In this document: in pieces, positions 49,079 to 63,128 of the stretch
How positions within the stretch are numbered: position 1 is the first letter of the stretch
Layout of the letters: each line of letters opens with the position of its first letter
Origin: Malacoraja senta
Taxonomy: Eukaryota
Direction: 5' to 3'
DNA length: 64,000 bases
NCBI GenBank assembly: GCA_038087875.1
Contig: CM075996.1
Location: forward strand, 5,954,001-6,018,000
Notes under the pieces: generated by a model
Databases searched by the model: none
What the model was told of the DNA's origin: nothing
What the model saw: the letters and a program-made list of their open reading frames with translations, nothing else
Position numbers and translations under genes: made by a program

Positions 49079-50874
49079 TATGTGCATGGATCAGATATTT
49101 CTTCTTGTAAACAGAAGTATTAAATATAAATGGGATGAGTAAGAAAAGTATTGTTACCAGGTGAAAAGTAAGTATGCAGATTTTTTTTTTGGTTTATTAC
49201 AAAGTGTGCATATATTGCCCACCTCTAATTTTCTACTGCATAGACTTGAACTGTGGCAGTGGGTGGGATGAATGTGCTCCCAGAGTACTTTTGTGGAGAG
49301 GGGCATCATGTTGCCTCAGTGACAAAGAGGAAATGGCAGTGTGTTTCGAAGAATGGAGCATTTGTGCCGCGGATGTAGTGGTGTTCCCAGAGATTTTGGT
49401 GTCCATGTCCTTTTGGATGATGGAGGCTAAAAGTTATGGAAGTATAGCAAGACAGTCAAGACACATTACTGTTAATCTTATTGCTGCTATTCATTGCGAA
49501 CAAAATGCACTTAATGGAGGGTGTGAAAAATTAAAATGGTGGCAACATTTATTTGCTTAAGAATCTTTGAAATCCCCAATCCAGAAGAGTTTGGATTCAC
49601 AATTGTTGAATATATGAAAGACTCCGATTAAGATTCAAGAGGAATCTAGAAATGGGGTCTTGTGGAAGTCGAGTTGAATTAGAAGATCAGTTTCTATCTT
49701 ACGGACTGATAAATGATTCATAAAGGCTTTAATGACTTCTCTTTTAGTAAGTTGTGCCTGGCAGAAGTGAGGGACGTATGTACAGGTCGAAGCAGAAAAA
49801 GTATTAAAGGAAATGTTAGACAAGTGCATAAAGGAGGAAGAAGCAGAAGGATATGACGATGTGTTCAATGAAGTTGGGCAGAAGAGGCTCAAGTATAGCG
49901 TAGACCAATTGGATGGAATAGCCTGTTCTTATGCTGTAATTCATTGTGCAAATGTTGAACTTCTAATTTAGCAAGATCTGTCTGGTCTGCCTTGCCTTTC
50001 TGCACAGTTGTTATTTTTAAATGCCCCCTGTTTATCATATACCATTTGTACATGGTACTGTACTATTTAAGAAACGTGAAAGGAAAACCCATGAATTATA
50101 GACCAGTTAGTTAAACATCTGTGATCAGAAAATTACTGGAATTTATAATTAAGGATAGAATCACTGAACAGCTTGAAGATATTCATTTAATCAGGGAGAA
50201 CTAGTGTTGATGTCTGATGAGCTGATTCACATTTTTCAAGAGGGCAACCAAGTTATTTGAAAGGTAATTTTTGTGGACATTTTTCTTTTAATTTATTTCC
50301 AGAAGGACTTTGATGATACTTGCTTAGCTGAAGTTGGAAACATTGGAATGTAGATATTGCATTGGTTTGATAGTTTTCTGAGTGATACTAAAATGGCATT
50401 CATGGAGTCATGCAGAAAAAAGCCCTAGAACCCATCATGTCATCTTGCTCATCTAGTAGCCAGCAAGGCTCCCGGGATGCGTCGCATTGTGGCAGAGCGC
50501 TCCCGGCGGGCCACATGCGGCAGCAACCATGGTTCACCGCTGCGTGAAGCTAAGACTGTACTAAGAACTTTGGAAACTTTGTCAAAGCCAGAAGTGTGAC
50601 GACTCTGTGTACTGCCTGGGTGAAGTCTGCTGTATGATTTAACCGGATTGTATGCAAAACCAAAGAATTTCACTGTTCCCACGGTGCATGTGACAATAGA
50701 GTGTAATTGAATCATTGATACCAATCCCATTTACCAGTACATGGTCAGGAACCTTCTGTAACTTGGTGATTCGAGTGCTAATCCAGGTACAAAAAAGACA
50801 CAAAGTGCTGTCATAACCCAGTGGATCAGGCAGCATCTCTGGAGAACGTGGATAGGATAGGAACCAAGCGGACA

Positions 50875-51510
50875 GCTTTAACCTATTCCGTTCTGAAGTA
50901 CTCGCCTGCTTCAAGACGACCATTAACATCCCGGTGCTAAAGAAAAGCAAGAGATCATGCCTTAATGACTACTGTCCAGTGGCCTTGACATCTGTCATGA
51001 AATGCTTTGAGAGGCCGGGTATAGCACACATTAACTCTAGCCTACCAAGCAGCCTTGATCCCGTGCAGTTTGCCTTCTGCCACAACAGGTCAAAGGCTGA
51101 TGCCATTTCCCTGGCCCTACACTCATCCTTGGAACACCTGGGTAAGAAGGACACCTACATCACCCCTATTCATCGACTATAGCTCTGCTTTCAATACTGT
51201 GATCCCAACCAAGCTCGTGGAACTCTGAGTCAGCCTGGGGACTGGATCCTCAACCTCATGACCCAAAGACTACAATCAGTGAGGATAGGCGACACATCAT
51301 CCTCTATGATAATTCTCAACACTAGTGCCCCACAAAGATGTGTTCTCAACTCCCTATAATACCCCTTATACACAAATTTCTATGCAGCCAAATACCAATC
51401 TAACTCAATCTACAAATTTGCAAATGACACCGCCGTAGTGGGCCGGATGTTGAATAACAATGGGATGGAGTACAGAAAAGAGATGAGAACCTTGTAACTG
51501 GGTGCCAAAA
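50875..51510 (+). mobile_element. Rex1/Babar-like RT fragment
   Basis: LNDYCPVALTSVMKCFER, LDPVQFAF, AISLALH and DYSSAFNT, with a degenerate KFANDT. Confidence 0.8.
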
Positions 51511-53245
51511 TTTCAAGTTCAAGTTCACATTTATTGTCACATGCGCCAATTAAGGTACAGTGAAATTTGAGGTCATGCAGCCATACAATCAAATAGAACA
51601 CAATACACAATAGAATTTAACATAAACATCCACCACAGTGGAATTAACTTTCTTCACTGTGATGGAAGGCAATAACGTTCAGTCAATCTTCCTCCTTTGT
51701 TCTCCCGTGGTCGGGGCCATGAACCCTCCGTAGTCGCCGCTACGGGCGGCCCGATGTACAAGCCCTCTCATCGGGCTGATCGAAACTCCGACGTCGGGGC
51801 GGATCGGAACACACACTCCGCGGCTTGGAGTTCCCGAATCGGCCACTTTCTTGCCGGAGACCGCAACATCACGATGTTATAGGCTGCAGGCTGGTGGTTG
51901 GAGCACTTCAGCACCCTGACATTCTTAGCATGGTGCCGAGAACTGAAAATACACTAGTTGAAGTTTAACAAGTGTATTATAAATGTTTAGTATAACTTCC
52001 TTGCTTCTATACTATTTCTTTGTTGATTTGTTCACAGATGCAATAAGTAATTAAGAAAGCCAAGTGTGTTATTGTAAGTGAGTTGAGAGAATGCAGACGC
52101 ACGTATGATTCAGGAGCAGGATTAGGCTACTGGGCTCCTCAAGCCTTCTCAGTATATTTAATAAGATCATGGATGATCACCTCCCTCCCACCAAGCTTAT
52201 TAAGTTTGTCTACTTCTGTCTTAAGACTATTCTACTTCTATTACCCATGGAGGAAGTGAATTGCTAAGGCACTCAACCCTCTTGATTTCATTTTCGCACA
52301 ACAGGTTTCCAAAATATAGCATGATATTGTTATTCTCAAACCATTATGACATTTCCCCAACACTTTCAATTCTGCTTTGGTGAGGCTCTTCATTTTGCCT
52401 TGTTACTTTTGCATTGCATTGCTACTATACAATTTTTGAATGAACCAGTTTTTAGTTTGTGATATTATAACATCAATTCTAAATCTTCTAGCTTTCATTA
52501 CATTCAGCTGCTTGTTTTTGCAATATGTCCTTCCATGAGTCTTTGGAGAGGAAGAACCCTTTGGGGGAAACAGACATTACATATTTGTCTATTTCTGTAT
52601 CTTCTGTTGGGTGTGTAACAACATAAGATGTATGATTCATGGTAATTGTATATCATTACTTTAACGGTTTTATATTTAAAACTGTATGCCAGTTTTGGAA
52701 GAAGAACATTTAAAATCTGATCCAAAAATCTTAAAGGCCAGAAATTCAATGAGGCTCCACCCACAAGCAGTGAAATCTGGAAAATATATTTGTAAACAAT
52801 CGGCTTCTCAATCTTTCTATAGAATGATTGCATCATTTTACTTGGCAGGATGTAAATCATAAAGGTTGAATTAACACAAATGAAACATTGAAGAGTCATA
52901 GCTTCTCAGAATTTGAACAAAGGTAGAATCTGAGCTCGTGATTGAGTCCCCCACACATTACCAACATCTACAAATAAGAGCTGTTGATGAGAGTGTCCTT
53001 GCTTGTGAATTAGCTTGTGAGCCCACTCTAGGGCTTGAGTATTGAGAAACGAAGAGGGCTTTGAAAACTTGTCTACCTATCTGGATATGTAAATAAACAA
53101 ATATAAATCCCAAATATCTTATGATGGCATATAATGACATTAGTGCATATCCCAGATATAAATAAATAAAACAATAAAATGCTAACCTTTACTTGGTTAG
53201 ATAACAGCTATGGCAAAAGAAACTCAAATCTATGAGGCCAGTAAC

Positions 53246-54283
53246 TAGGTACGTTACAAAACTTACCTTCAGTCGCGCTGTAATTCTGCCACTGGCCGTG
53301 TGCGCGATTTTGGCGCCTTTAAGGGGGGGGCGGGGTTAAAACGCGGTTTCTCCTCCCTTGTCCTGAATTATATTTCGTTGGAGTACAAGCGTTGGCTGAC
53401 AAATCGTTCCTAGCGGCGTTTTGTGAATTTTTAATTTTTATTAAATCGTCAATGTCAGCGCTAGAGTAATTTTAAAAGCAGCTCCTGAAGCGTCAACGCC
53501 GATAACGGGGACGAATTTCACACACGGGACAGGTAAACGAAAGTGGTTTCTTTAAATGTATAAAAGTGCTTCTTAAGAAGCCTTTAATTCACATTTTTTC
53601 ATGCGACACGGTGATTTTATTCCCCGAATTAACGGCAGTATTTTTCATGCCAATACGGGGTTAAATTCACCGCAAATGGACGTTCCAAAAGATCACGTTC
53701 CAGAAATCCTCACTCGCAAGATGATTTAAATGCCCATTAATTTACAGGTATTAAACATTCAATTCCTTCCATTTGGCCTGTAAATTCATGAAAATAAGAT
53801 TTAAAAATTATGTTATATTGTGAATTATTGTGTGAATGTTATTTGGACACTTAGGCTATTTAAAAATGTTAATCTATTCTTAAGAAATTGATAGATGTTT
53901 AGATCTAGTAATTGAATTTTGTAATTAGCTACAATTAGGTAACTAACTAATATGCTTTACTTTCATGTCTTCTAAGTAAGATTGTTTCATATTTGTTTCA
54001 GAATGCTTCAATCTATAATAACTGAAAATTTCTTTCAGTTATCTTAATTTTTAAGAAAGTTATGGGCTTTTAACTGTCCTCGATCACAGCTTTTGTGTTA
54101 AATCAATGGAAAAGCAATAGGGAACAAGATGCTAATTTCCGAGTATGAAAATGGCCATAACTTCTTTAATACTGAAGATATGAAAGTGAATTAGGTGTCA
54201 AATTAAACTTCTTTTTATGCTTTATCAGATGGGATAAATTGCAGACTTTATTTTTAAAATCTCAAAATTTTGTAACATTGCTA
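53246..54283 (-). mobile_element. Non-autonomous TIR DNA transposon with 7-bp TSD, copy 2 (inverted relative to 815-1855)
   Basis: TAGGTACGTTACAAAA ... TTTTGTAACATTGCTA. CAGTAAC at 53239-53245 and 54284-54290. Colinear with the reverse complement of copy 1. Confidence 0.9.
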
Positions 54284-54994
54284 CAGTAACCTTTAAAAAA
54301 AAAATCTCCCATTGCATTATTTTGATTGTGTTCTGAGTTTTGAAAGCAATCGCACTTGCTGTATTAGGAACAGCTATATTATATTGAAAAATATACAGTT
54401 CCAAATTATGTACCTGTATTCATCTTCCAACCTTGTATGAATCATAAAGGAAATGTCTAAGACTTAGAAACAGTGGAGATCAGTGCTTCTGAATTATAGA
54501 GAAAGCTAAGTTTATAATGTTGGGTAGACTAATGAATGGTTGTCTGATAGTATTATGTACATACTGTTTGTAATACAAAGCCAAACCATTAGTGCCGTAC
54601 GAGAGATAGAGGCCCAGGTGAACAAAATGTGTGTGTGTATTAAGAATCCAGTTGTAGGATGGATTGGATTATTAAAAGTTGCAGATGGTTTTGAGGGGGA
54701 TTTAAGGTCTCTGAAAAATAAGGAGGTATTCCTAATGGCCTCCTTCATCTGTGCTTTTCTTTTTTACTTCAGCCGAGTATACAACCCCTTATGTGGAGTT
54801 TATTTCAGGGAGATGATGGTAGCACTATACATGTGGATGTTTTTTACACTGAGTCACTTGGTTTGATTCTGTGGGGTAAACAATGACCTAAAGAGTGCTA
54901 TTTAGGGTCTTTCATCTGTCCTGAGAAATCAGAAGCACATTACCTCTGTGAATGATTAATGGACAAATGAGAAGATTCCTTAAAGAACTGGTTT

Positions 54995-56090
54995 CTCCTC
55001 CCCAGCTAATCTCTGCTGTGGGGGTTCCATCCTTGGCCCCATTCTATTCTTCCTGTATATGCTCCTCTTAGGCCAAGTCATTGAAAGGCACGGCATTTCC
55101 TTCCATTGCTACGCAGACGATACACAACTCTATCTCCCCCTGAAGCCCAAAAACCAATCAAATCTGCTTAACCTTACCCACTGCCTCGAGGAAATAAAGT
55201 GTTGGATGGCCCAGAACTTCCTCCAACTAAACGAGAGTAAGTCTGAGGTCATCCTTCTTGGCCCCTCGGACTCAATCTAAATGATAGCAGGCAGCCTTGG
55301 AAGCCTTACCCCACTACTCAAACCTCACGTCAAAAACCTTGGTGTGATATTTGACTCAGCACTGAAATTTGACAAACAAGTCAATGCCGTGGTAAAAGCT
55401 AGCTTCTTTCAGCTTCGGACGATAGCTAAAATATAACAATTCCTCCAGTTTGATGACCTCGAAAAGATCATCCACACATTCATCTCCTCCCGCCTAGATT
55501 ACTGCAGCTCCCTTTACACTGGCATCAGCCAATCTTCCCAGTCCCGCCTGCAACTGGTCCAAAACGCCGCAGCGAGACTCCTGATGGGCAACCGAAAAAG
55601 GGACCACATCACCCCGATCCTGGCCTTTCTCCACTGGCTCCCTGTGCGGTTCCGCATAAACTTCAAGATCCTCCTCCATGTCTACAAAGCCCTCAATGGG
55701 CTTGCCCCCACCTACATAAAAAGTCTTCTCACCCACCGCTCCACCTCCAGGCCCCTCAGATCGGCCGACTTAGGGTTGCTGAATATCCCACGGTCTAGGC
55801 ATAAGCTCAGGGGCGACCGCGCCTTTGCGGTTGCAGCCCCTAGACTGTGGAACAGCATCCTCTATCCCATCAGAACTGCCCCCTCCATCGACTCTTTTAA
55901 GTCAAGACTAAAAACTTATCTATACTCCCAAGCCTTTCCTGACGTCCTCTGAGTGAGGGCTACATGTATATATGTATGTAGTTTGTTTTGTTTATGCTAT
56001 TCTTATAACAAATGTAAAGCACTTTGGCCAACGAGAGTTGTTTTTTAAATGTGCTATATAAATAAATGTGACTTGACTTGACTTGACTTG
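54995..56090 (+). mobile_element. 5'-truncated L2-clade LINE with (GACTT)n tail
   Basis: FHCYADDTQLY, LQLNESKSE, SRLDYC, RLQLVQNAAARL, HITPILAFLHWLPV and RAFAVAAPRLWNS. AATAAA followed by GACTT repeats. Possible 8-bp TSD ACTGGTTT at 54987-54994 and 56091-56098. One stop near 55280. Confidence 0.9.
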
Positions 56091-57384
56091 ACTGGTTTGT
56101 TTTTCATTGAAGTAATAGGAACGATATGTTTTTAGCTGTGTTCCAGACACAACACACATGGACTTTGGGAATATCCCGGAACGTGTCACCGTCCTACTCC
56201 CAGCTTCACATGTTACTACTTTTTTGTTTCCTCAGATACTCCGACCTGCCAAGTAATTACTTTTTTGTTTCCTCAGATACTCCGACCTGCCGAGTAATTC
56301 CAATAATCTGTGTAATTGTTTCAGATTTGTAGCATCTGCAGTATTTTGCCTTTGGAGTGAAGTTCTTACATGGACTAAGGGCAGTGGCTTTAGTATTCCT
56401 TTTGTTTAGTTCAGGGAAATTTAGTCATCCTATTTATTTGCTAAAAATCTGGAAATTTAGATATTGTGGGAAAAACATGAGCTCATTCCTATTTTTAATG
56501 GTTTGAACATAGATAGGATAGAGCTAGTTTAGGGGACCTCAGAGATTACAAGGTGGGATCAGATCCAGAATTCACTAGAACTAGAAAGTTATGAATAAAA
56601 CCATGTTTCACTCAACTTGTACTGGTGGAGGATAATGTCAACTATGTCACCTTTTGCTGTAACGAGGAAGATCACCACAAAACAAAGATTTATGCTGATG
56701 AATCAATATCAAAAATGCTTAATTTTACTCTAACTCCTAACATTTTCTTAAAGTTAGGTAATCAAGACCAAGATCTGTAATGTAAATAAATTCAGATTAT
56801 CTCCTGCAGACAAACATTTTTGTTTTCAAATGTTCCAAAACTCTTGAACAATTTCAGTGGTTTAAAATTATGAATGATTTTTTTTTTAGTGGACTTTGTG
56901 TGACTTGATATTGATTTGTTCTGAAATGTAGCTTACAGTAAGTAGGTCAACAAAAAACTAGCATGTGTTTTAAGAGCACTAAGTAATTCCATTCCTTGAA
57001 CTGGAGGCAACATAGCAATTTTGTTCACCATAAGAGTGGAATTATTTAGGTAGGAATGCATTTATATGATTTTATTTTCCCATGCATTGGCTGTGCGATA
57101 TGCTAGAAGGTTAGAAATGCCTGAATTTTATTTAAAATAAAGGAAAGGATCTACAGTGAATTTCCCCATTTGGGAGTTCTTGCCCGTATGATTTTCCATG
57201 GACCTTTGGGTTCTTGACCAAAAAGCAATAACTGTGGACAAAATGAAAGTTCCATATACTTACCACCCCCCCCCCCCCCCAACTGTATGAAGAAGTTGCC
57301 CAAAATGTCCCTTTTAAAATAATCTATGCCCTTTAGGTTTCAACTCTATTCTGTGACCATCCCTCTTGTCTTTAAGGTGGCTCC

Positions 57385-57840
57385 ACAACCTCCTACACTC
57401 TAGGGAAAGAAAATCTCAGCCTATCCAGCCTCTCCATATAACTCAAGCCCTTCAAACCTGATAACATCCTCATGATTTTTCCATTACCATTAAGAAGGCA
57501 AAGAGACTTTAAAAAAAAAACTAAACTGAAGGCTAAGTCATGCACTTGGCAACGGCGACAGGGCTTGCATGCCATCACTTTCTACACGTGGCTGCAGCAC
57601 ATCACTCCAGGACGAGCTCAATGCTTTTAATGCTCACATTGAATATGCACACAATACGTCATGTGTGGCCTCACCAACAATTTGTACAGTCGCAATGTAA
57701 CATTCCAGCTCATGTACTCAATCTCCTTACTGATGAAGGCAAGCATGCCACATGCTGCCTTCACTATTGTGTCTACTTGTGCCTTCACTTCCAGGGCCAT
57801 ATCATCTACTTGTAGATAGTCTGCTTCATTAACCATGATA
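57385..57840 (-). mobile_element. Old CR1 fragment
   Basis: Minus ORFs: VKAACGMLAFISKEIEY...LYKLLVRPHMTYCV and GLKGLSYMERLDRL. Confidence 0.7.
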
Positions 57841-60800
57841 TTCATTGTGCAATCATCCCCAGTTCAGACATAAGTGAAGAAAGGTAATTGATGAAGCAGC
57901 TGCAGATGATTGGGCATAGGAAACGGTCTTGAGGATCTCCTGCGATGGTGTCGTGGGGCTGAGATGATTGATCTGTAACAACTACTACTTTCGTTTCAGT
58001 GACCAGTGTAGTCATTTAAATGCTGAATGACCACAGTTTTATGAGAGCTCCTTGATGCCATATTCAGTAAACCTCTGCATTGATATCAAGAGCAGTCATT
58101 CTCACCTTGCTTCTGGGAATTAGGAGTTGAGTTCATGTCCTACCCATTTTTCTTTTGATGCCCCAGTCATCCTCCTTGCCAAAAGTAGGATGTCCTATTG
58201 GTGAATTACAGCTCAATCAGCTGACCCACAATCATAAGTTAAGTGATGGAAAGTTCATGAGGAGTGCTATGCCAAAATGGCAGTGGTTTCAAAAATAAAG
58301 AGTCCAGTTAAAGTGAAATGTGCAGTTTTATTTCTCCGTCAAGATATGTAATTAATTCGATGACTCCTTTTGGAACAAGAGAAACCTGAGGATGTTTGGT
58401 TATTTAAAATGATGAGATTTTGCTGTAGATAGGAGGGAGTTCTTGCCATTATTCCTGGTCACAGGTTTGTTAGGTGTGAATTCTGAGTGTATGAAGTATT
58501 GTATTTCTTCATTAATTTATCACTGAGGTAAGAACAAATGGTTTGGTTGAAAGGTGAAAGTAATGTGATTTACTTTGCTGAACTATGTACTGATCTATGT
58601 TCACAACACCATATATTGGATACTGGATATTAAATCACTCAAGTCACTGAATGCTGCAAATGCATTAATAGTTTTCAGCTTTGAGAGCTGCTTGGAGATG
58701 GGTCAGTTTCTAAATATAGAATCCAAACCATCTGCTCTCTAATTGACTTCAGTAAGAGGGAGAAGGACTCATCCGTTCTGAGAGTGGAGGGAAATGGGAG
58801 GAGAATTGGAGTGGGCAATGTCCACAGATGTGACTGCAACATTAGGAACTATAGAGCAGATGAGCCAGTGCTGGCCGGTTTTTATTTGTGCGCACCCTCC
58901 TCCGAGGCTTCATTTACATTGTGAGTTTTCCATTAATGAATGTTACTTTTTCAACGAGGGAATGTTGCTGAATGCAATGGGCACCAACAGAAGTTACAAG
59001 AGGCTGTGGCAATTAATCTTATTAAAACGATTTGTTAGAGGTAGATGTGGTTATAATCATTTGGATGTTGGCTGACACAGTAAAGAATAGACTGCATCAG
59101 TGCAGTGAATTTATGAATACTGAAAAATTATCACAGGCAGTGTCATTAACGTGGCATATTTTCTGCATCACTGGGATGTATTCTGGTTGCAGAGATTTTG
59201 CAACAGAAATCAATTTCTGTGTAACCTCTCCAGCCCAAATTATTGGCCAATTTATTGAGTGCTTACTGCATATTTTATTGGTAAATTAAGTCTTTTCACA
59301 TGATGAATTTTAGCAGTAGTTCAATCTTACAAATGAAAGATTATTTGATAAAAATGTTGTGCTGCTTTAAATGCCTTCCATTTTTAAATAAATCAGCTCC
59401 AACTAATTTAGGTAAGAAAATTCTGAATGATGACATTCTTTCCGCGTTTGCTAATTAATCACCATCACTGTTTCACAAATGTATTTTTCCAAATGTCAAG
59501 GTTCTCCTAAATACTGGCTGTGCTTTTTATGTCCTGTTCTAGAGTTATCAAGCCTTTGCAGCATGTTTCATGATCCGCATATTAAAGTTTAATTCTTCCC
59601 TCATCTAATATTCACACACCAGCTTCCATTAATGGTTTCTAGATAATAGTTAGAAACATGAACCCTGATCCTTTTGCACTTTCCCTCAATAACTGAGTAT
59701 TAAACTTTAATTTCTCTTTGCCTGAAGTTGGCTAACTCAGTACTCATCAGGAACTGAGCCTGACCATTACTGGTCTTTACGGTAGAGGATGGGATTTATT
59801 TACGGCAAAATACAGAAGTGACATCCATAACATTAACAACGTGATTTGTGTATTTATATAGCTCCTAATGTAATTAAATTTTTAAAAAATGTAAAAGTAG
59901 ATGTGGTTATGATCATTTGGATGTTGGCTGACAGAGTAAATATAGACGTCAAAAATGGAGTGATTTAATTATTATTCACAGACCAGATGTAGACCAAATT
60001 TTTAAAGATTGGGGAATTGAATGCTGTGTGAAAATGGCGCAGAAGAGGAATTCAGGCCTGGGGTAGTTTGGGCATGATCTTAATAAATTGACAGCCATCG
60101 ATCCAAAACCTATTTTCTAGTGTGAAGCATATCTCTCAGCTATCTCCCCTTCATGATTGCCTTTAACATGTCAGCACAGCTTTTGGTTCATTGAGTAAGG
60201 GGATATTTGAAGATGAAGATTTTAAGCCTTGAACAAAGTTCATGATGTACTTGGCAACAGTGATCCCTATCCTCCTTTGTTTCTGAAACTTGGACTGCCT
60301 ACATTTGGCATCTCAGGGCACCAAAAAAAAATACCATCAACAACATTGGAAAATCCTCCACATGCAGGCTATTACCCCTGCTATTGAGGCCCTAATTACT
60401 TTCTGTTCTGTTTCTGTCAGGAAGGCCATGTCATTTGACAAGACATCTGAAACCGATACTATTCCAAGTTTCGCTATGGAAAGTGGTTATTGGATGCTTG
60501 AGAAGAAATTGTTCAAGAATGTGCTCATAGCCTGAAATCAGCATCCCCATTGACTCCTGGTGATCCCCGAGACATGTCCCCATAAACTTGGACAAGGAGA
60601 ATTCATGATGGTGTTCAGTGAAAACAATGGAAGGGTCACACACTACCTCGCATACTATTATTCACTTGCCAGCCCTGTCAAGTATCACCTTCACCATCTG
60701 CTGAAGGATCTGAAATTTCCATATTGGCCTTATCAGTCACCTCTAAACTTTCAGAACCAGAGTGGCAACAAATTATCCTAGTTTCCGATGAAATCGTTAA

Positions 60801-60924
60801 GACAAGACTTTGGACATTTGAACACCAGTTAGTGGCTGGTAATTGGTGCAAACTTATGTTTTGCTATATAATATTGCATACCAGGTCTAATTTAGAGATG
60901 CAGCATAGAAACAGGAGTTCTTTG

Positions 60925-61145
60925 TTATCCCACTTTTGCATCCATACCCTAAACTCTCTAGGGGGCAGTTTTACAGAGGCTAATTAACCTACAGACCAGC
61001 TTCTCTTTGTGATGTGGGAGGAAACCTAAGCACCTGGAGGAAAGCCACACGGTCATCGGGAGAACATGCAAAATCCACACAGACAACATCCGAGGTCAGG
61101 ATTGAACCCAGGTCTCTGGTGCTGTGAGGCAACAGATGTACGAGC
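60925..61145 (-). mobile_element. HE1/V-SINE-like copy
   Basis: Reverse complement has cctcacagcaccagagacctgggttcaatcc (B box) and tgcatgttctccc...gtggctttcctcc. Confidence 0.7.
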
Positions 61146-61621
61146 CTTTAGGAACTAAAAATAATCTTTCAGGAGGATATCAATCAAGAAGTAGAATCAT
61201 TAAAATAATTACAAACTGAATTGTCAGAATTTGACAGAAGTGCTGTGGGAAAAAAATAGGAGTAAGGTTAAGGCAGAATTTTCTGGACCCAGGGAAAAGA
61301 TAAAATAAATAATTGCAGAGTTTTTACAGAAATTGCGATTGATTTGGCTTGCCATTGATGCTTGATTTTGGAATTCATCTGTATATCTCTGGAATTTTCT
61401 ATTCAACAGACTTATAGAGCTGTACAGCATGGAAATAGACCCGATAATGGAAACAGTCCATTCACCCCAACTTGTCATGCTGACTAAATTGGTATTCTGG
61501 GTTCATCCCATTTGCCTGCATTTAACCCATATCCCTCTATACCTTTCTTATCCATATATCTGTCATATCTCAATTAATGCAGAAGCACACAAAACTATAT
61601 TTCAGTTATTAGGGGAAAGAC

Positions 61622-63128
61622 GTCTGGACTGACATCTTCAACCTGTCACTTGCCCAAGCAGTTGTCCCCACGTGCCTTAAAACCACCTCCATCGTGCCGG
61701 TGCCAAAACACTCCACTGCGGCGAGCCTTAATGACTTCTGCCCAGTTGCACTTACTCATCACCAAGTGCTTCGAGAGGCTGGTCCTGGCACACCTCAAAG
61801 GCTGCCTACCTCCCACACTGGACCCCTATCAGTTTGCCTACCGCAAGAACAGGAGTACGGAGGATGCCATCTCAACGGCACTCCACTCCGCCCTCTCCCA
61901 CCTCGACAACACAAACACCTACGTGAGAATGATGTTCATCGACTATAGCTCAGCATTCAACACCATTATCCCCTCAAAACTGATCACCAAACACAGTGAC
62001 ATGGGCATCAACCCCTCCCTCTGCAACTAGTTACTGGACTTCCTAACTAACAGACCCCAGTTACTGGACTTCCTAACTAACAGACCCCAGTCTGTTGTCC
62101 AACCTGTTAGGTTGGACAACCACATCTCTTCAACCCTCACCCTGAACACCGGCGTTCCACAGGGCTGTGTGCTGAGCCCCCTCCTCTACTCCCTCTTCAC
62201 CTACGACTGCACACCTGTACATGGTTCTAACACCATCATCAAGTATGCAGATGATACAACGGTGATTGGCCTCATCAGCGACAACGATGAGTCGGCCTAT
62301 AGGGAGGAGGTTCAGCTCCTAGCAGCATGGTGCGCTGACAACAACCTGGCCCTTAACTCCAAGAAGACCAAGGAGCTCATTGTGGACTACAGGAGGTCTA
62401 GGGGCTGCACGCACACCCCCATCCATATTAACGGGACGGAGGTGGAACGTGTTTCCAGCTTCAGGTTTCTGGGGGTCAATATCTCTGATGACCTCTCTTG
62501 GACCCACAATACATCAACACTGGTCAAGAAGGCTCACCAGCATCTCTTCTTCCTGAGGAGACTAAAGAAGGTCCATCTGTCTCCTCAGATTCTGGTGAAC
62601 TTCTACCGCTGCACCATCGAGAGCATCCTTACTAACTGTATCACAGTATGGTATGGCAACTGCTCTGTCTCCGACCGGAAAGCACTGCAGAGGGTGGTGA
62701 AAACCGCCCAACGCATCACCGGTTCCTCACTCACCTCCATTGAGTCTGTCCAAAGCAAGCGATGTCTGCGAAGGGCGCGCAGCATCGTCATGGACTGGTC
62801 TCACCCCAGCCACAGACTGTTTTCTCTCCTCCCATCCGGGAGGCGCTACAGGTCCCTCCGTTGCCGAACCAGCAGGTTCAGGAACAGCTTCTTCCCTGCG
62901 GCTGTTACACTACTGAACTCTGCACCTCGGTGATTGCCAGTCACCCCGCTGCCCCCCCCTCCCCGGACACTCCTTCCCCCAGAAAAATTGCACTACTGAT
63001 ATTGCTGTACATATATATATATTACTGCTCATTATTCCTAAGTTCGCTCTTCTGGGTGAGATGCTAACTGCATTTCGTTGTCTACTGTACACTGCACAAT
63101 GACAATTAAAGATTGAATTGAATTGAAT
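61622..63128 (+). mobile_element. 5'-truncated Rex1/Babar-clade LINE, disrupted RT
   Basis: [65 protein letters not shown] and FYRCTIESILT...WYGN. Tail attaaa followed by (ATTGA)n. A 30-bp internal tandem duplication lies at 62029-62090. Confidence 0.92.

Noticed and set aside
52504..52899. 131-aa minus ORF and an overlapping ~58-aa plus ORF
   Set aside because: No motifs, AT-rich composition and no supporting splice signals.
53246..54290. Introner-like behaviour of the 7-bp-TSD element (TAG|GTAYGT at one end, CAG supplied by the TSD at the other)
   Set aside because: The acceptor exists only by virtue of this copy's TSD and is absent in copy 1, and neither copy sits in an evident exon.
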